64,000 nt of DNA from Planctomycetota bacterium (GTDB taxonomy: Bacteria; Planctomycetota; JAJSAM01; JAJVHW01), in the NCBI GenBank assembly GCA_965248445.1, contig CBDFJG010000001.1, positions 590,058 to 654,057 on the forward strand, read 5' to 3'. Shown here in pieces: positions 40,045 through 50,323 of the stretch (within the stretch, counting starts at the first letter, position 1; each line of letters opens with the position of its first letter). A program made the translations under genes and the position numbers. The notes beneath the pieces are model-generated. The model saw only the letters and a program-made list of their open reading frames with translations. It ran no database searches and had not been told where the DNA came from.

Positions 40045-40613
40045 GCGACCTCTCCTGCAAACTCGCGCAGGGCGCCACGCAGACGACGCAGTCCGTTCCG
40101 GGTGCGGCCCTTGACCGTACCGAGCGGCGCGCCGGTCCGCTCCGCGATGGCGAGTTGCGTGAGCCCCTCGAAGTACGAGAGTTCGAGCACTTCGCGCTCG
40201 CCCGGGGGTAGGGACTCGAGCGCCGTGACGACCCGCTGCCGAGAGTCGGCCGTGAGCGCCGCGTCGAGCGGTGTCGGTTCCGGCCCCACCAGCGTGTCGG
40301 TGTGCAGTTCGGTTCCCGTTTCCCCGCGCGTGCGGACCGACCGCAGCTTGTCGATGGCGCGGTTGCGGGTCACGGTGGTCAGCCAGCCGCCGAGCGTGCC
40401 GCGGGAGGCATCCAACCGGTCCGAGGTGCTCCAGAGCCGGAGGAACGCGTCCTGGGTGACGTCCTCAGCGGCCACGGGGTCGCCGAGGATGCGCAGGGCG
40501 ACCGCGTACGCGCGGGGACCGTGTCGTCGATATGCCAGGCTCAACCCTTCCTCCGCTCCATCGCGAATCTGCAACAGGAGTTGCTCGTCCGTGTGGTCCG
40601 CCGTCTCGCCCAT
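40041..40613 (-). CDS. ECF sigma-70 factor (SigK-like)
   Basis: AEDVTQDAF..LW, RNRAID.LR, YFEGLT..IA and PLGTVK.R.R.GL. Confidence 0.93.
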   Translation of the reverse strand: MGETADHTDEQLLLQIRDGAEEGLSLAYRRHGPRAYAVALRILGDPVAAEDVTQDAFLRLWSTSDRLDASRGTLGGWLTTVTRNRAIDKLRSVRTRGETGTELHTDTLVGPEPTPLDAALTADSRQRVVTALESLPPGEREVLELSYFEGLTQLAIAERTGAPLGTVKGRTRNGLRRLRGALREFAGEVA

Positions 40614-40619
40614 CTGAAG

Positions 40620-40644
40620 TACGATAGTCGGGCGCTCCGGGATG
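40620..40644 (-). promoter_or_regulatory. ECF autoregulatory promoter CATCC-N16-CGTA
   Basis: catcc-cggagcgcccgactat-cgta ends 6 nt before the ATG at 40613. Confidence 0.75.
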
Positions 40645-40682
40645 TGGGAACTCCGCAAATTCGGCCCACGTCCCCCAGCGCA

Positions 40683-42953
40683 CTACTTCCCGTCTGTGGT
40701 ATCGACCTTCTTCGGCCACCTGCCGAGGGCGTACTGGCCGGGCCAGTGCTGATCGGCGTAGTCGTAGTCGTGAGCGGCGCGCAGGGTCAGGTACGGCTCG
40801 CGCAGGTGCGGGCGGGCCATGGCGACGAGGTCGGCGCGGCCGGCGGCGAGGATCGTGTTGGCGTGGTCCGCGCCGAGCACTGCGCCGACCGTCATCACGG
40901 GCACGCCGATCTCATGGCGGATGCGCTCGGCGAACGGCACCTGGAACATGCGGCCGTAGTTCGGCTGCGCATCGGCGGAGATCCCGCTGGTCGAGACGTC
41001 GAGCACGTCGCAACCGGCGTCGACGAGCAAGCCGCAGAGCGCCATCGTGTCGTCCATCGTGATTCCGTCCGGGACCCAGTCACTCGCCGAGATCCGGACC
41101 GCCAGCGGCATGCCGCGAGACGTCTCCGGACGGATCGCGCGCAGGACCTCGAGAGGGAAGCGGGCGCGGTTCTCGATCGGGCCGCCGTACTCGTCGGTGC
41201 GCTTGTTGGTGACCGGCGAGAGGAACGTGTTGAGCAGGTAGCCGTGCGCCATGTGCAGTTCAATGACCTGGAAGCCCGCGGCGACCGAGCGCTTCGTGGC
41301 GGCCACGAACTCCTCGATCGTGCGGTCCATGTCGGCGCGGTCCATCTCGCGCGGTGCGGGCCAGTCCGGTAGGAACGGGATCGGCGACGGACCGAGCGTC
41401 TCCCAGCCATCGTTGCCCGGCAACGGCGTGTCGTGACCCTCCCACGGGTGCTGGCACGAGCCCTTGCGACCGGCGTGTCCGAGCTGGATCCCGATCACCG
41501 TGTCCGGAGAGTGGTCGCGGACGAAGTCGGTGACGCGCTTCCACGCCGTGGTGTGGGCGTCGGTGTAGATGCCCGTGCACTGTCGCGAGATGCGGGCGTC
41601 TGCCGAGACGTTCGTCATCTCGGTGAAGACGAGGCCGGCGCCGCCCACGGCTCGCGATCCCAGGTGGACGAGGTGCCAGTCGTTCGGCGTGCCGTCGACC
41701 GCGCTGTACTGGCACATCGGGCTGACCACGATCCGGTTGCGGAGGGTCAGGTTGCCGATCCGGAGCGGCGCGAAGATCGGCGCGGGCGAGTTGCCGTCCG
41801 AGGCGTGAGGTGCGCCCTGGTCGTCGGCGAACCACTCGGTCACGCGCTCGACAAGAGCGGGATCGCGGAGTCGGAGTTCGTCGTACGTGATGCGCTTGCT
41901 GCGCGTCATCAGGTTGAACTTGAACTGCAGCGGGTGCTGCTTCATGTAGCGCTTGGCGTTCTCGAACCACTCGAGACTCGTCTGCGCCGCCTTCTGCAAC
42001 TTGAGGACGGGGACCTCGAGTTCCTCGCGGTATGCAGCCAGGACACGCGAGATGTCCTGTGTACCGTGCGCCTCGAACGCCGCGACCAGTGCGATGGCAT
42101 CCTCCATCGCGAGCTTGGTGCCCGATCCGATCGAGAAGTGGGCGGTGTGCAGCGAGTCACCGAGCAGCACCGTGTTGCCGTGGTGCCAAACCTCGTTGCG
42201 CACCGTCGGGAACTGACGCCACGTCGAGCGGTTGGTGAGCAGCGGGTGTCCGTCCAGGTCCTCGGCGAAGAGCTTTGTGCAGTACGCGACCGTGTTTTCC
42301 TCGGTTGCCCGGTCGAGCTTCGCGGCGCGCCACGTCTCCTCGTCGCACTCCACGATCCACGTCGACAGGCCGTCCTCGAACGGGTAGGCGTGAGTCATGA
42401 ACAGCCCGTGCTCGTTCTCCTTGAAAACGAACGTGAACGCCTCGAGCGGCCGCGTGGTGCCGAGCCAGCAAAAGCGGTTGGGGCGCCAGTCGAGAGACGG
42501 CTTGAAGTGCTCCGCGAACTCGGCGCGCACGGCGCTGTTGACGCCGTCGGCCGCGATCACGACGTCGTGATCGGCGAACTGCGTCGCCGATTCCACCTCC
42601 GTCTCGAAGTTCAGCGTGACTCCCACGTCGCGGCAGCGTGCCTGCAGGATGTTGAGCAGCTTCTTGCGCGACATGCCGCAGAAGCCGTGACCGGTGGAGA
42701 CGACGCACTCCCCGCCGAAGTACGTCTCGATGTCGCTCCAGTAGCGGAAGCCCGAACGGATCTCGTTGTAGCTCTGGAGGTCGGCCTCCTCGAACGCGCC
42801 GAGGGTCTCGTCGCTGAAGACGACGCCCCACCCGAACGTGTCGTCCGCCCGGTTGCGCTCGTGAACGGCGATCTCTGCGTCCGGATACGCCTTCTTCATG
42901 AGGATGGCGAAGTACAGGCCGCCGGGGCCGCCTCCGATGATCGCGATCTTCAT
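40683..42953 (-). CDS. Bifunctional salicylyl/anthraniloyl-CoA monooxygenase-NADH:flavin oxidoreductase
   Basis: GGGPGG, TFGWGVVFSD and TAHFSIGSGTKLAMED. Old-yellow-enzyme half with SPMCQYSA and HMAHGYLL. Confidence 0.92.
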   Translation of the reverse strand: MKIAIIGGGPGGLYFAILMKKAYPDAEIAVHERNRADDTFGWGVVFSDETLGAFEEADLQSYNEIRSGFRYWSDIETYFGGECVVSTGHGFCGMSRKKLLNILQARCRDVGVTLNFETEVESATQFADHDVVIAADGVNSAVRAEFAEHFKPSLDWRPNRFCWLGTTRPLEAFTFVFKENEHGLFMTHAYPFEDGLSTWIVECDEETWRAAKLDRATEENTVAYCTKLFAEDLDGHPLLTNRSTWRQFPTVRNEVWHHGNTVLLGDSLHTAHFSIGSGTKLAMEDAIALVAAFEAHGTQDISRVLAAYREELEVPVLKLQKAAQTSLEWFENAKRYMKQHPLQFKFNLMTRSKRITYDELRLRDPALVERVTEWFADDQGAPHASDGNSPAPIFAPLRIGNLTLRNRIVVSPMCQYSAVDGTPNDWHLVHLGSRAVGGAGLVFTEMTNVSADARISRQCTGIYTDAHTTAWKRVTDFVRDHSPDTVIGIQLGHAGRKGSCQHPWEGHDTPLPGNDGWETLGPSPIPFLPDWPAPREMDRADMDRTIEEFVAATKRSVAAGFQVIELHMAHGYLLNTFLSPVTNKRTDEYGGPIENRARFPLEVLRAIRPETSRGMPLAVRISASDWVPDGITMDDTMALCGLLVDAGCDVLDVSTSGISADAQPNYGRMFQVPFAERIRHEIGVPVMTVGAVLGADHANTILAAGRADLVAMARPHLREPYLTLRAAHDYDYADQHWPGQYALGRWPKKVDTTDGK

Positions 42954-43016
42954 ACCGTCCGGGTCCTCACGACTGAGCGGGGCGGGATTGTAGGCCGCGG
43001 GGCATGGCGGCCGCCC

Positions 43017-44135
43017 TCAGTTGTTCAACAGGATGACTGCAGTCACGATCGCGGCGACCAGCAGCACGATCACGAGGATCTTCACCCAGCTGGTCGGCGC
43101 CCGCCCGGCCACGCGCCCGTCCTGGCCGTTCAGCAGCACGGGGTACGTCTTGCCCTTCCACTCGTACGCGAGGCTCCAGAGCGGGAGCAGCACGAGCTTC
43201 CAGTGCACGTCCCCGACGACGGTGTAGACGTCCAGCGAACGCTGCGTGTCGCCCGGCACGTCGCCCGAGCAGCGGTACCGCTGGGTCGCTCGCACGCGTC
43301 CTTCAGCGCCCTCCCAAGCGTCGTCCATCGACACCTGGTACTCCTCCGCCGCCCATCCGGAGAGATACGCGGGGCTGTAGGGCACGAGGCCTTCCAGGTC
43401 GAACTTGCCGATGCGCTTGACGAGCGGCCCGTCGAGACCGCGGGACCCGAGCACGGTCAGGTTCACGAACGTGTCGTGGCGCTCGCCGGCTGCGGGCTCC
43501 CAGCGCACGCGGCGTTCCTGGCGCATGACGGAGACGGTCTTCCCGCCGCGCCTCACCGTCACGGGCCGCTGCACGTAGTAGTAGTGGCCGGCCTCCGCGG
43601 TCCAGCGCGACGACGCCTGGCAGTCGAACGCCCAGAACGGCACGTACACGCCGACGGCGTCGAAGTCGGCCATCCGCCGGACCGCGCCCGGCGCGAACCA
43701 CCGACCCTTCAGCCACTTCTGGAACGCGGCCTCGACGCGCTCGCGCCCGACCTCGAGCGGGACGATGCTGCCCGGACGGACGGCGTTGCGGTGCGCCTCC
43801 TCCTCGAGCACGCCGCTCGTGCCGCAGAACAGGCAGGCTCGCGCAAGGTCCCTGTCGCCGAACGCAACGCGTGCGCCGCAGTTGCCGCAGACCGCCGTGC
43901 GGGCGGCAAGGCCGAGGCCGCGCTCCGCGTCGTCCGCAGCGTCGAGCGAGTACGTCGAGACGGCCTGGCCGTCCCCCTCCTCCACGGCCGTCGTGCCGCC
44001 GCAGTACCCGCACACGAGGGACGCCTCGTCGGGGTCCCACTCCATGCGGGCCGAGCAGGTCGCGCAGCGGAAAAGGGCGGCCTCGCCACCGTCGCCGCCG
44101 CGCTCGGTCTGCTCCGCTTGTGCCTCGTCCGCCAT
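43017..44135 (-). CDS. Zinc-ribbon membrane-anchored hypothetical protein
   Basis: Four CxxC motifs, YVPFW.F, NGQ.G...G..P and a C-terminal TM helix. Confidence 0.8.
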   Translation of the reverse strand: MADEAQAEQTERGGDGGEAALFRCATCSARMEWDPDEASLVCGYCGGTTAVEEGDGQAVSTYSLDAADDAERGLGLAARTAVCGNCGARVAFGDRDLARACLFCGTSGVLEEEAHRNAVRPGSIVPLEVGRERVEAAFQKWLKGRWFAPGAVRRMADFDAVGVYVPFWAFDCQASSRWTAEAGHYYYVQRPVTVRRGGKTVSVMRQERRVRWEPAAGERHDTFVNLTVLGSRGLDGPLVKRIGKFDLEGLVPYSPAYLSGWAAEEYQVSMDDAWEGAEGRVRATQRYRCSGDVPGDTQRSLDVYTVVGDVHWKLVLLPLWSLAYEWKGKTYPVLLNGQDGRVAGRAPTSWVKILVIVLLVAAIVTAVILLNN

Positions 44136-44316
44136 TCGCCCCCCCTTCTACCGGCGGGTCTCCGAACCGGCACGCACCGGGCCAGGTTCTGGGCAGAGGA
44201 GAGCCGACTCTTTCGCCTCGGAAGGGCAACCCGGCTACGTTGTCTGCCCGTCTGCTGATGCGGACGGCGCGGGTCTTCACAGGCTCGATGGAGAGATCCC
44301 CCACCGGAGGTGCGAC

Positions 44317-45438
44317 ATGGGCGTGATGGACTGGTTCAAGAAGGGCGTCGGCGAGATTATGGTCGCGCGTCCGGACGCGGCGAAGGCGCACGTCGTCTGG
44401 AAGCACCCGGACGCCACCATCCCGATGAAGTCCCAGCTCACGGTGGAGGCGGACGAGAAGGCCGTCTTCTTCCGAGACGGCAGGGTCGTCCGGGTGATGG
44501 ACGCCGGGCGCTACACGCTCGACTCGGCGAACCTGCCGTTCCTGAGCGATCTGGTCGACTCGTTCACCGGCGGCAACGTCTTCATCTCCGAGGTGTTCTT
44601 CGTCAACGTTCGCGAGCACCCGGGCAACAAGTTCGGCGGTCGCATCGGCTACGTCGAAGACCCCAAGAGCGGCATCCCCGTCGAGACGATGGTGCACGGC
44701 GAGTTCTCGTTCCGCGTCGTCGACCCCGAGCAGCTGATCGTCGGCCTGGTCGGCATGGGCCGCGCCGAGAGCTTCATGGTGCGCGCGTGGATGAAGGAGC
44801 AGGTGCTCAAGGTCCTGCGCGACCGCATCGCGGAGCTGTGCGTCAAGAACAAGTGGCCGCTGCTCGACGTCACGTCCGGCGCGTACACCGAGGAACTCGA
44901 GGAGGCGGTGATCGAGAGCGTCAGCAAGCACGTCGACAGCTACGGCATCGAGATCGTGCGGTTGGGCAACTTCACCATCGCGATCGATGACGAGGACGTC
45001 GAGAACCTGAAGCGGCTCTACACGGACGCGGCCTACCTGCGCACCGTCGGCGGCGTCGGCGCGTACCAGCAGTTCGCGGCCGGCAAGGCCATGATGGGCG
45101 CCGGCGAAGGCATGGCGAAGGGCGACGGCGGTGGTGGTGGTGGTGGCGGCGGAGGAGGCGGCGGTGGCGGCCTTCTCGGCGGCGCCGGCCTCGGCGTCGG
45201 CTTCGGCCTCGCGCAGATGCTCGTCAAGGACCACGCCGGCGGCCAGACGCTGGTCCCGGTGGCTCCGGCGGTCCCGTGCAGCGAGTGCAACGCGAGCGTC
45301 CCCCCCGGCAAGTTCTGCAACGCGTGCGGCAAGGAGATGGCGAAGAAGCCCGAAGCCACCGGCTTCTGCAGCGGCTGCGGCAGCCCTCTCGGCGCCGCCG
45401 CCAAGTTCTGCGGGCAATGTGGGGTGAAGCGGGACTGA
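44317..45438 (+). CDS. SPFH-domain (YdjI-like) protein with a poly-Gly linker and double zinc ribbon
   Basis: SQLTV.....AVFFRDG, G.YTL...N.P and KFC..CG twice. Confidence 0.85.
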   Translation: MGVMDWFKKGVGEIMVARPDAAKAHVVWKHPDATIPMKSQLTVEADEKAVFFRDGRVVRVMDAGRYTLDSANLPFLSDLVDSFTGGNVFISEVFFVNVREHPGNKFGGRIGYVEDPKSGIPVETMVHGEFSFRVVDPEQLIVGLVGMGRAESFMVRAWMKEQVLKVLRDRIAELCVKNKWPLLDVTSGAYTEELEEAVIESVSKHVDSYGIEIVRLGNFTIAIDDEDVENLKRLYTDAAYLRTVGGVGAYQQFAAGKAMMGAGEGMAKGDGGGGGGGGGGGGGGGLLGGAGLGVGFGLAQMLVKDHAGGQTLVPVAPAVPCSECNASVPPGKFCNACGKEMAKKPEATGFCSGCGSPLGAAAKFCGQCGVKRD

Positions 45439-45794
45439 CTCGAGAATCGAGCACAACGCGACGTCCGTTGAGTCACAGCGCGGTCCCACATCGACGACGG
45501 GCTACGTCGTCAGTCCCGCTTCACCGGCCGCGGCCCGAGTCCGCGCGTCAGCGGACGAGGGAGCAGAAGCCATAGACAATGGCTTCTTCAGCGGCATGGA
45601 GTGGGGTCCACACAACTCGATAACCGACCCCGGCACGGCCAGTCGCGGGCGGGCGCGACGACCCGCCCCTCCGCATGTCCGGTTCCGCCACCCACGCGGC
45701 AGCTACGCCGTCGGGTAACCTCGCCCGCCCGAGGTGGCCGATGTCGGATCGAGGCGTCGTTCCAGGCCTGCCGAGAGCCGGTGGAGTGAGTCCG

Positions 45795-46604
45795 TCAGAG
45801 CACTGACAACGCCACGTCCCGGCACCGCGGCGCATCGATCGACTCGACCCATGCGCCTGGGGCGGTCCCGTCGGCGAGCGTCTCCTCGAGCACGTCCCGC
45901 AGGTCCCGGTGCATCGCGAAGAACGTCCGCCCGGTCTCCGCGGGCTGGGGCGTGAACGCGCCATCGCCCTCCGCCGTCAGCCGCTCGATCGCAGCGACGA
46001 ACAGCGGCGCGCGGTGCGCATCGAATGCCCGGCGCAACTCTGCGACACCCGCGCCGTCGGTTCGTGGGAGCACCGCATCGTGCAGCACCGCGCCTGTGTC
46101 CAGACCCGCTTCGATCCGGTGCACCGCCGGGCGGAACGGCAGACCGAACCACGCGGTCCACTCGATCGCGTTGAACCCCCGCGTGTACGGCAGCCCGCAG
46201 TGCACGTTCAGCACCGGCCCCGCAGCTTCGAGGAGGTTCTCCCGGAGGATGCCGCACTCGCCCGTGTCCGCCGAAGCGCGGGGTGCGATCTCCGCCAGGA
46301 GGGCGAGGCACTTCGCGTCGCCCATGCGCGAGACCTCGTGCATGACGACTCCCGGCACGTCGCAGAGAGCCGGCGAAGCCGCAGGTGCTCCGCCGACGAC
46401 ACGCGTGACGCGGCTCTTCACGATGCCGGCGACCTTGCGCAGGACGCGGCCCGGCGTCACACGTCGCACGCGGTCGAGGGTCACGCGCTCGCACACGGCA
46501 TGCAGTTCGAAGCGCTCCTTCGGCAGGGCCGCAGCGATCTCGCCGCCGAGCGTCGAGAAGCGGTCCGCCGCCAGGAAGACGATGCGCGCGCGCTCGGTGC
46601 TCAT
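45795..46604 (-). CDS. Formyltransferase-like protein
   Basis: LNVHCGLP..RG and VH.I..GLDTG. Confidence 0.65.
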   Translation of the reverse strand: MSTERARIVFLAADRFSTLGGEIAAALPKERFELHAVCERVTLDRVRRVTPGRVLRKVAGIVKSRVTRVVGGAPAASPALCDVPGVVMHEVSRMGDAKCLALLAEIAPRASADTGECGILRENLLEAAGPVLNVHCGLPYTRGFNAIEWTAWFGLPFRPAVHRIEAGLDTGAVLHDAVLPRTDGAGVAELRRAFDAHRAPLFVAAIERLTAEGDGAFTPQPAETGRTFFAMHRDLRDVLEETLADGTAPGAWVESIDAPRCRDVALSVL

Positions 46605-47359
46605 CTTCGCCCCCGCAGCGCCGCAACGGCCTCGCGCTCGCGCGACGCCGCCAGCAGATGGAGCGCGGTCGCGGCAGGCGAGAGTTCGTACGCGCCGGCA
46701 GCGATCACTGCGCGGAGTCCGTGCCAGGTCTCCGCGTTCGTGGCGGCGGCGTCGGCCACGGTCATGCGCGTCCAGTCAGCGAGCTTCAGCGCTCCATTCA
46801 GGAAGCGCGGATCCCCGGTGATCGCGGTGAGCGTGCGCCACGTCGCGCGGAGCACGCCGAGAGCAACCATGTCAGCAGCGTCGCGGCCCGCGTACGTCAG
46901 GCCGAGCGCGTGCTTGCGCCGCTCGAACCGGATCAGCAGCGTCTCCGCGCGCTCGTGAGCGCGGCGGAAGCACTCGTCGTCGCCCAGAAGCGCGGCACCG
47001 AGCACTGCAACGTGCAGTTCGGCACCGGCAACCGCATCCGGCCGGTCGGCAGCAGCGACGGCAGCCCGCAGTTCGCTCTCCGCAATCGAGTCTGTCTCGC
47101 TGAGCGCGCGCACCAGAACGCCGACACGCGGATCGCAGCCAGCGAGTCCGATCCACTCGAGGTCCCCGTCCGGTCCGTGCCGCGCGAGCCACGCACCGAG
47201 CAGCGTGTCCACATCGGGCAAGACGGGAGCCGCCAGCGCCCATGGGTCGCGTGTGGCCGAGAGCGAGGGAAACTCGTCTCGGTCGAACGCCGCGAGTCGC
47301 TTCCGGACGGCCGCATCCGCCAGCAGGTCGAGGACGGGGGGCGTCACTGTTACCGTCAC
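46601..47359 (-). CDS. Hypothetical protein
   Basis: Coupled between galE and the formyltransferase-like gene. Contains D.RFLN..LKL.D. Confidence 0.55.
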   Translation of the reverse strand: MTVTVTPPVLDLLADAAVRKRLAAFDRDEFPSLSATRDPWALAAPVLPDVDTLLGAWLARHGPDGDLEWIGLAGCDPRVGVLVRALSETDSIAESELRAAVAAADRPDAVAGAELHVAVLGAALLGDDECFRRAHERAETLLIRFERRKHALGLTYAGRDAADMVALGVLRATWRTLTAITGDPRFLNGALKLADWTRMTVADAAATNAETWHGLRAVIAAGAYELSPAATALHLLAASREREAVAALRGRR

Positions 47360-47369
47360 CGTTCGCTCC

Positions 47370-48413
47370 TCAGACGCCGCCCGTGGCGTTCGTCCGGTAG
47401 CCGTCCGGGTAGCGGCTCTGCCACCGCCACGCGTCGCGCACGCAGTCCTCGAGCGTGCGCGTGGCCGTCCAGTTCAGCTCGGCGTTGGCGCGGCTGGGAT
47501 CGGCGTAGCTCTCGGCGACGTCTCCCGGGCGGCGCGGAGTGATGCGGTGAGGCACTTCCTTGCCGGTCACGCGACGCACCGTGTCGAGCACCTCCAGCAC
47601 ACTGTTCCCCTGGCCCGTCCCGAGATTGTACGCGACGCATCCTGTCAGTCGGTCGAGCGCGCTCAACGCGGCGAGGTGGCCCTGCGCGAGATCGACGACG
47701 TGGATGTAATCGCGCACGCCGGTGCCGTCTGGAGTCGCGTAGTCGTTGCCGAACACCGACACGTGCGAGCGCCGGCCGACGGCCACCTGCATGACGTACG
47801 GCATGAGGTTGTTCGGCTCACCCTGCGGATCCTCGCCGATCTCGCCCGAGGGGTGGGAGCCAATGGGGTTGAAGTACCGCAGGAGCACGATCGACCAAGC
47901 CGGCCCGCCCGGAGTCGCCGCGATGTCGCGCAGCATGTCCTCGATCATCAACTTGGTGCGACCGTAAGGATTGGTCGCCGAGAGCGGCGCGGTCTCCGGG
48001 ATCGGAACCGACTGCGGCTCGCCGTACACCGTCGCGGACGAGGAGAAGACGAGCCGGCGCACCTCGGCGGCCGCCATCGCCTCGATCAGGGTCAGAGTGC
48101 CGGCCACGTTCGCGCGGTAGTACGCCGCAGGAATGCGGTTGCTCTCACCGACCGCCTTCTTTCCCGCGAAGTGGATGACCGCGTCGATCGGGTGATTGGC
48201 GAAGACGTCGTCGAGCAGCGCCCGGTCGTCGGTGGAACCCTCGACGAACACGATGTCGCTCCGGGCCAGCGCCTCGACCCGGCCGATCGAGGCGATGCTC
48301 GCGTTCGAGAGGTCGTCCAGCACCACGACGTCGTGACCCGCGAGCAGGAGTTCGACGTTGGTGTGGCTGCCGATGTAGCCGGCGCCGCCGGTGACCAGGT
48401 AGGTGCGGGACAT
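47370..48413 (-). CDS. galE: UDP-glucose 4-epimerase
   Basis: TGGAGYIGSH, SSSATVYG, YGRTK, LRYFNP and PNNL. Confidence 0.95.
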   Translation of the reverse strand: MSRTYLVTGGAGYIGSHTNVELLLAGHDVVVLDDLSNASIASIGRVEALARSDIVFVEGSTDDRALLDDVFANHPIDAVIHFAGKKAVGESNRIPAAYYRANVAGTLTLIEAMAAAEVRRLVFSSSATVYGEPQSVPIPETAPLSATNPYGRTKLMIEDMLRDIAATPGGPAWSIVLLRYFNPIGSHPSGEIGEDPQGEPNNLMPYVMQVAVGRRSHVSVFGNDYATPDGTGVRDYIHVVDLAQGHLAALSALDRLTGCVAYNLGTGQGNSVLEVLDTVRRVTGKEVPHRITPRRPGDVAESYADPSRANAELNWTATRTLEDCVRDAWRWQSRYPDGYRTNATGGV

Positions 48414-48548
48414 GGAACGACTGCTCTCGGGGTGCGCGGGCCGTCCGAAGTGGACGAGCCCTACCCCCTCCATATCGGCGTCCCGGCGCCGAACGTTGGG
48501 AGCCTGCGGGGCTCGCCCCGGCGCGGCGCGCTGGGTAGCCTCCGGCGC

Positions 48549-49010
48549 ATGGCCAGAAGGCGCAATCTCGGCAGCACCCTCGCGCTCCTCGCGGTCATCG
48601 CGATCGTCTACTACCTGAAGCAGAAGGACAGCCGCCCGGAGCCTCCGCCGAGGACCGGCGGGACGGCGGCCAACGAGGCTGCTTCGGGCTCGATCGAGTC
48701 ACTGTTCGAGGCTGGCCAGTCCGACACGTGGGTCGAGAGCAGCGGGCGCGTCCAACGCGTGCTGGCGGACGACAACGAGGGCTCGCGGCACCAGCGGTTC
48801 CTGCTCGAGCTCGCCTCGGGGCACACCATCCTGATCGCCCACAACATCGATGTCGCCCCTCGCGTGCCGCTCGAGACGGGGGACGAGATCCGCTTCCGGG
48901 GCGAGTTCGAGTGGAGTGACCGGGGCGGCGTCGTCCACTGGACCCACCGAGACACCCGCGGGCGCAAGAAGGGCGGCTGGCTGGAGCTGGCGGGGAAGAC
49001 CTATCGCTGA
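48549..49010 (+). CDS. DUF3465 domain protein
   Basis: L.DD..GSRHQRF, AHNID.APR and GGVVHWTH.D. Confidence 0.88.
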   Translation: MARRRNLGSTLALLAVIAIVYYLKQKDSRPEPPPRTGGTAANEAASGSIESLFEAGQSDTWVESSGRVQRVLADDNEGSRHQRFLLELASGHTILIAHNIDVAPRVPLETGDEIRFRGEFEWSDRGGVVHWTHRDTRGRKKGGWLELAGKTYR

Positions 49011-49247
49011 GCTGAGCCGGGGCCGGCAGACTCTCAGATCGAGAAACCGCCGTAACCAGGCTGTCCCGAGCCTGCGACGGTCACAAAAGTCGCCTGTATT
49101 CTCAATCTGACACTTTGCGGCCGAGGAAGCGTCTGCCACAATTCTCCGCCTCAGCCCCCGCCACCGGCAGATGAGTTCGCACGAGTCTTCACGCTCTCGA
49201 TAACGGCATCGGAGCAATTCGTGATCTCGGAGCGAAAAGGAGGATAG

Positions 49248-49622
49248 ATGCGCCTTCAGCCGATGCTACTGGCGCTCCCGCTCTTCGTGGCGGGATGCGC
49301 TTGCGCCGGTGCCTCCACTTACTCCGACGCCGACACCTATGCGGTGATCGTCGAAGAAGTGGCCCCTGCGCCCGATGCCAATGCAGGCTCGGGGACCTCG
49401 TGGGGAACGGCAGCCGGGGGTGCCGCGACAGCGGACTACTCGAACCCGTGCGCGCCCTGTGCGCCGATCAACCGCACCGTGTTCCACGATGCGGGCTCGG
49501 TGTACGTGGACCACGTGCACTCCTATCGCGAGATCCATCGACACTCGCTCGAGGTCTCTCGTGAGGATCAGGGCTGCGCCGATTGCCCGCCGGGTGTGAA
49601 CCCGGGCGTGCTGTCCAAGTAA
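49248..49622 (+). CDS. Small lipoprotein with a Cys/His C-terminal motif (paralog 1)
   Basis: AGGAGGA RBS, lipobox VAGC, and a motif shared with the next gene. Confidence 0.75.
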   Translation: MRLQPMLLALPLFVAGCACAGASTYSDADTYAVIVEEVAPAPDANAGSGTSWGTAAGGAATADYSNPCAPCAPINRTVFHDAGSVYVDHVHSYREIHRHSLEVSREDQGCADCPPGVNPGVLSK

Positions 49623-49792
49623 CGCCAGACCGCGACACCGGGTCTGCGGCTGCGTGTGAGGCTCTCCGTTCACACCGCACGTTCGCTCCGACGGCCCCTC
49701 TCTGTGCGCTGCTGTCCCTGGCGCTGTACTTGTTCCGACACTCTTCGACGTCGTGCGCGTCGCCCGGTTTGCGACAGACACGATCGGAGGAA

Positions 49793-50188
49793 ATGATGAA
49801 GATCCGACTTGCACTTCTCACGATGGCAGTCGCTCTGGCCGGTTGCGCGTCCCACGGGTACGCGCCCCGCGTTCAGCAGCGCTACGCAACCAGCAACTAC
49901 CTCGCAGGCACTGCCAGCGCACGCATCGCGCGTCGCGCCCCGGCGGTTGCTCCGGCCGCTGCGCCGGCGTACGCATCCTACGGCGGCGGACATGCCGGCC
50001 ACGGCGGACATCACGCCGGCGGCGGCGGCAGCGCCACCAACCCCTGCTCGTGCTGCGCGCCGCAGTCGCGCACCATTTACTACGACGCCGGGACGGTCAC
50101 GGTGGACCACGTCCACCGCTACCGCGAGATCCACAGGCACCGCCTGGAGGTCACCTCGGAAGATATCGGCTGCGTCGACTGCCCGTAG
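49793..50188 (+). CDS. Small lipoprotein with a Cys/His C-terminal motif (paralog 2)
   Basis: GGAGGA RBS and lipobox LAGC. Confidence 0.75.
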   Translation: MMKIRLALLTMAVALAGCASHGYAPRVQQRYATSNYLAGTASARIARRAPAVAPAAAPAYASYGGGHAGHGGHHAGGGGSATNPCSCCAPQSRTIYYDAGTVTVDHVHRYREIHRHRLEVTSEDIGCVDCP

Positions 50189-50323
50189 GGGTTTCGGCGT
50201 GAGCTGAGAGGGCGCATCCCCTCCGGGGCGCGGCATCGCTTAGGTGGTGTCGCGCCTCACCTCGCCCTCGTGCGTCACGCGGCTTGCTGCGCAACCTGCG
50301 CGCCGCACGGGGCTCGCATGTCT

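Noticed and set aside
45128..45170. GGN repeat as a contingency locus
   Set aside because: In-frame mixed-codon poly-Gly linker, as in the RRM tail.
45440..45790. ncRNA in the intergenic region containing the agaagccat-agaca-atggcttct hairpin
   Set aside because: No recognisable RNA family. A single hairpin is insufficient.
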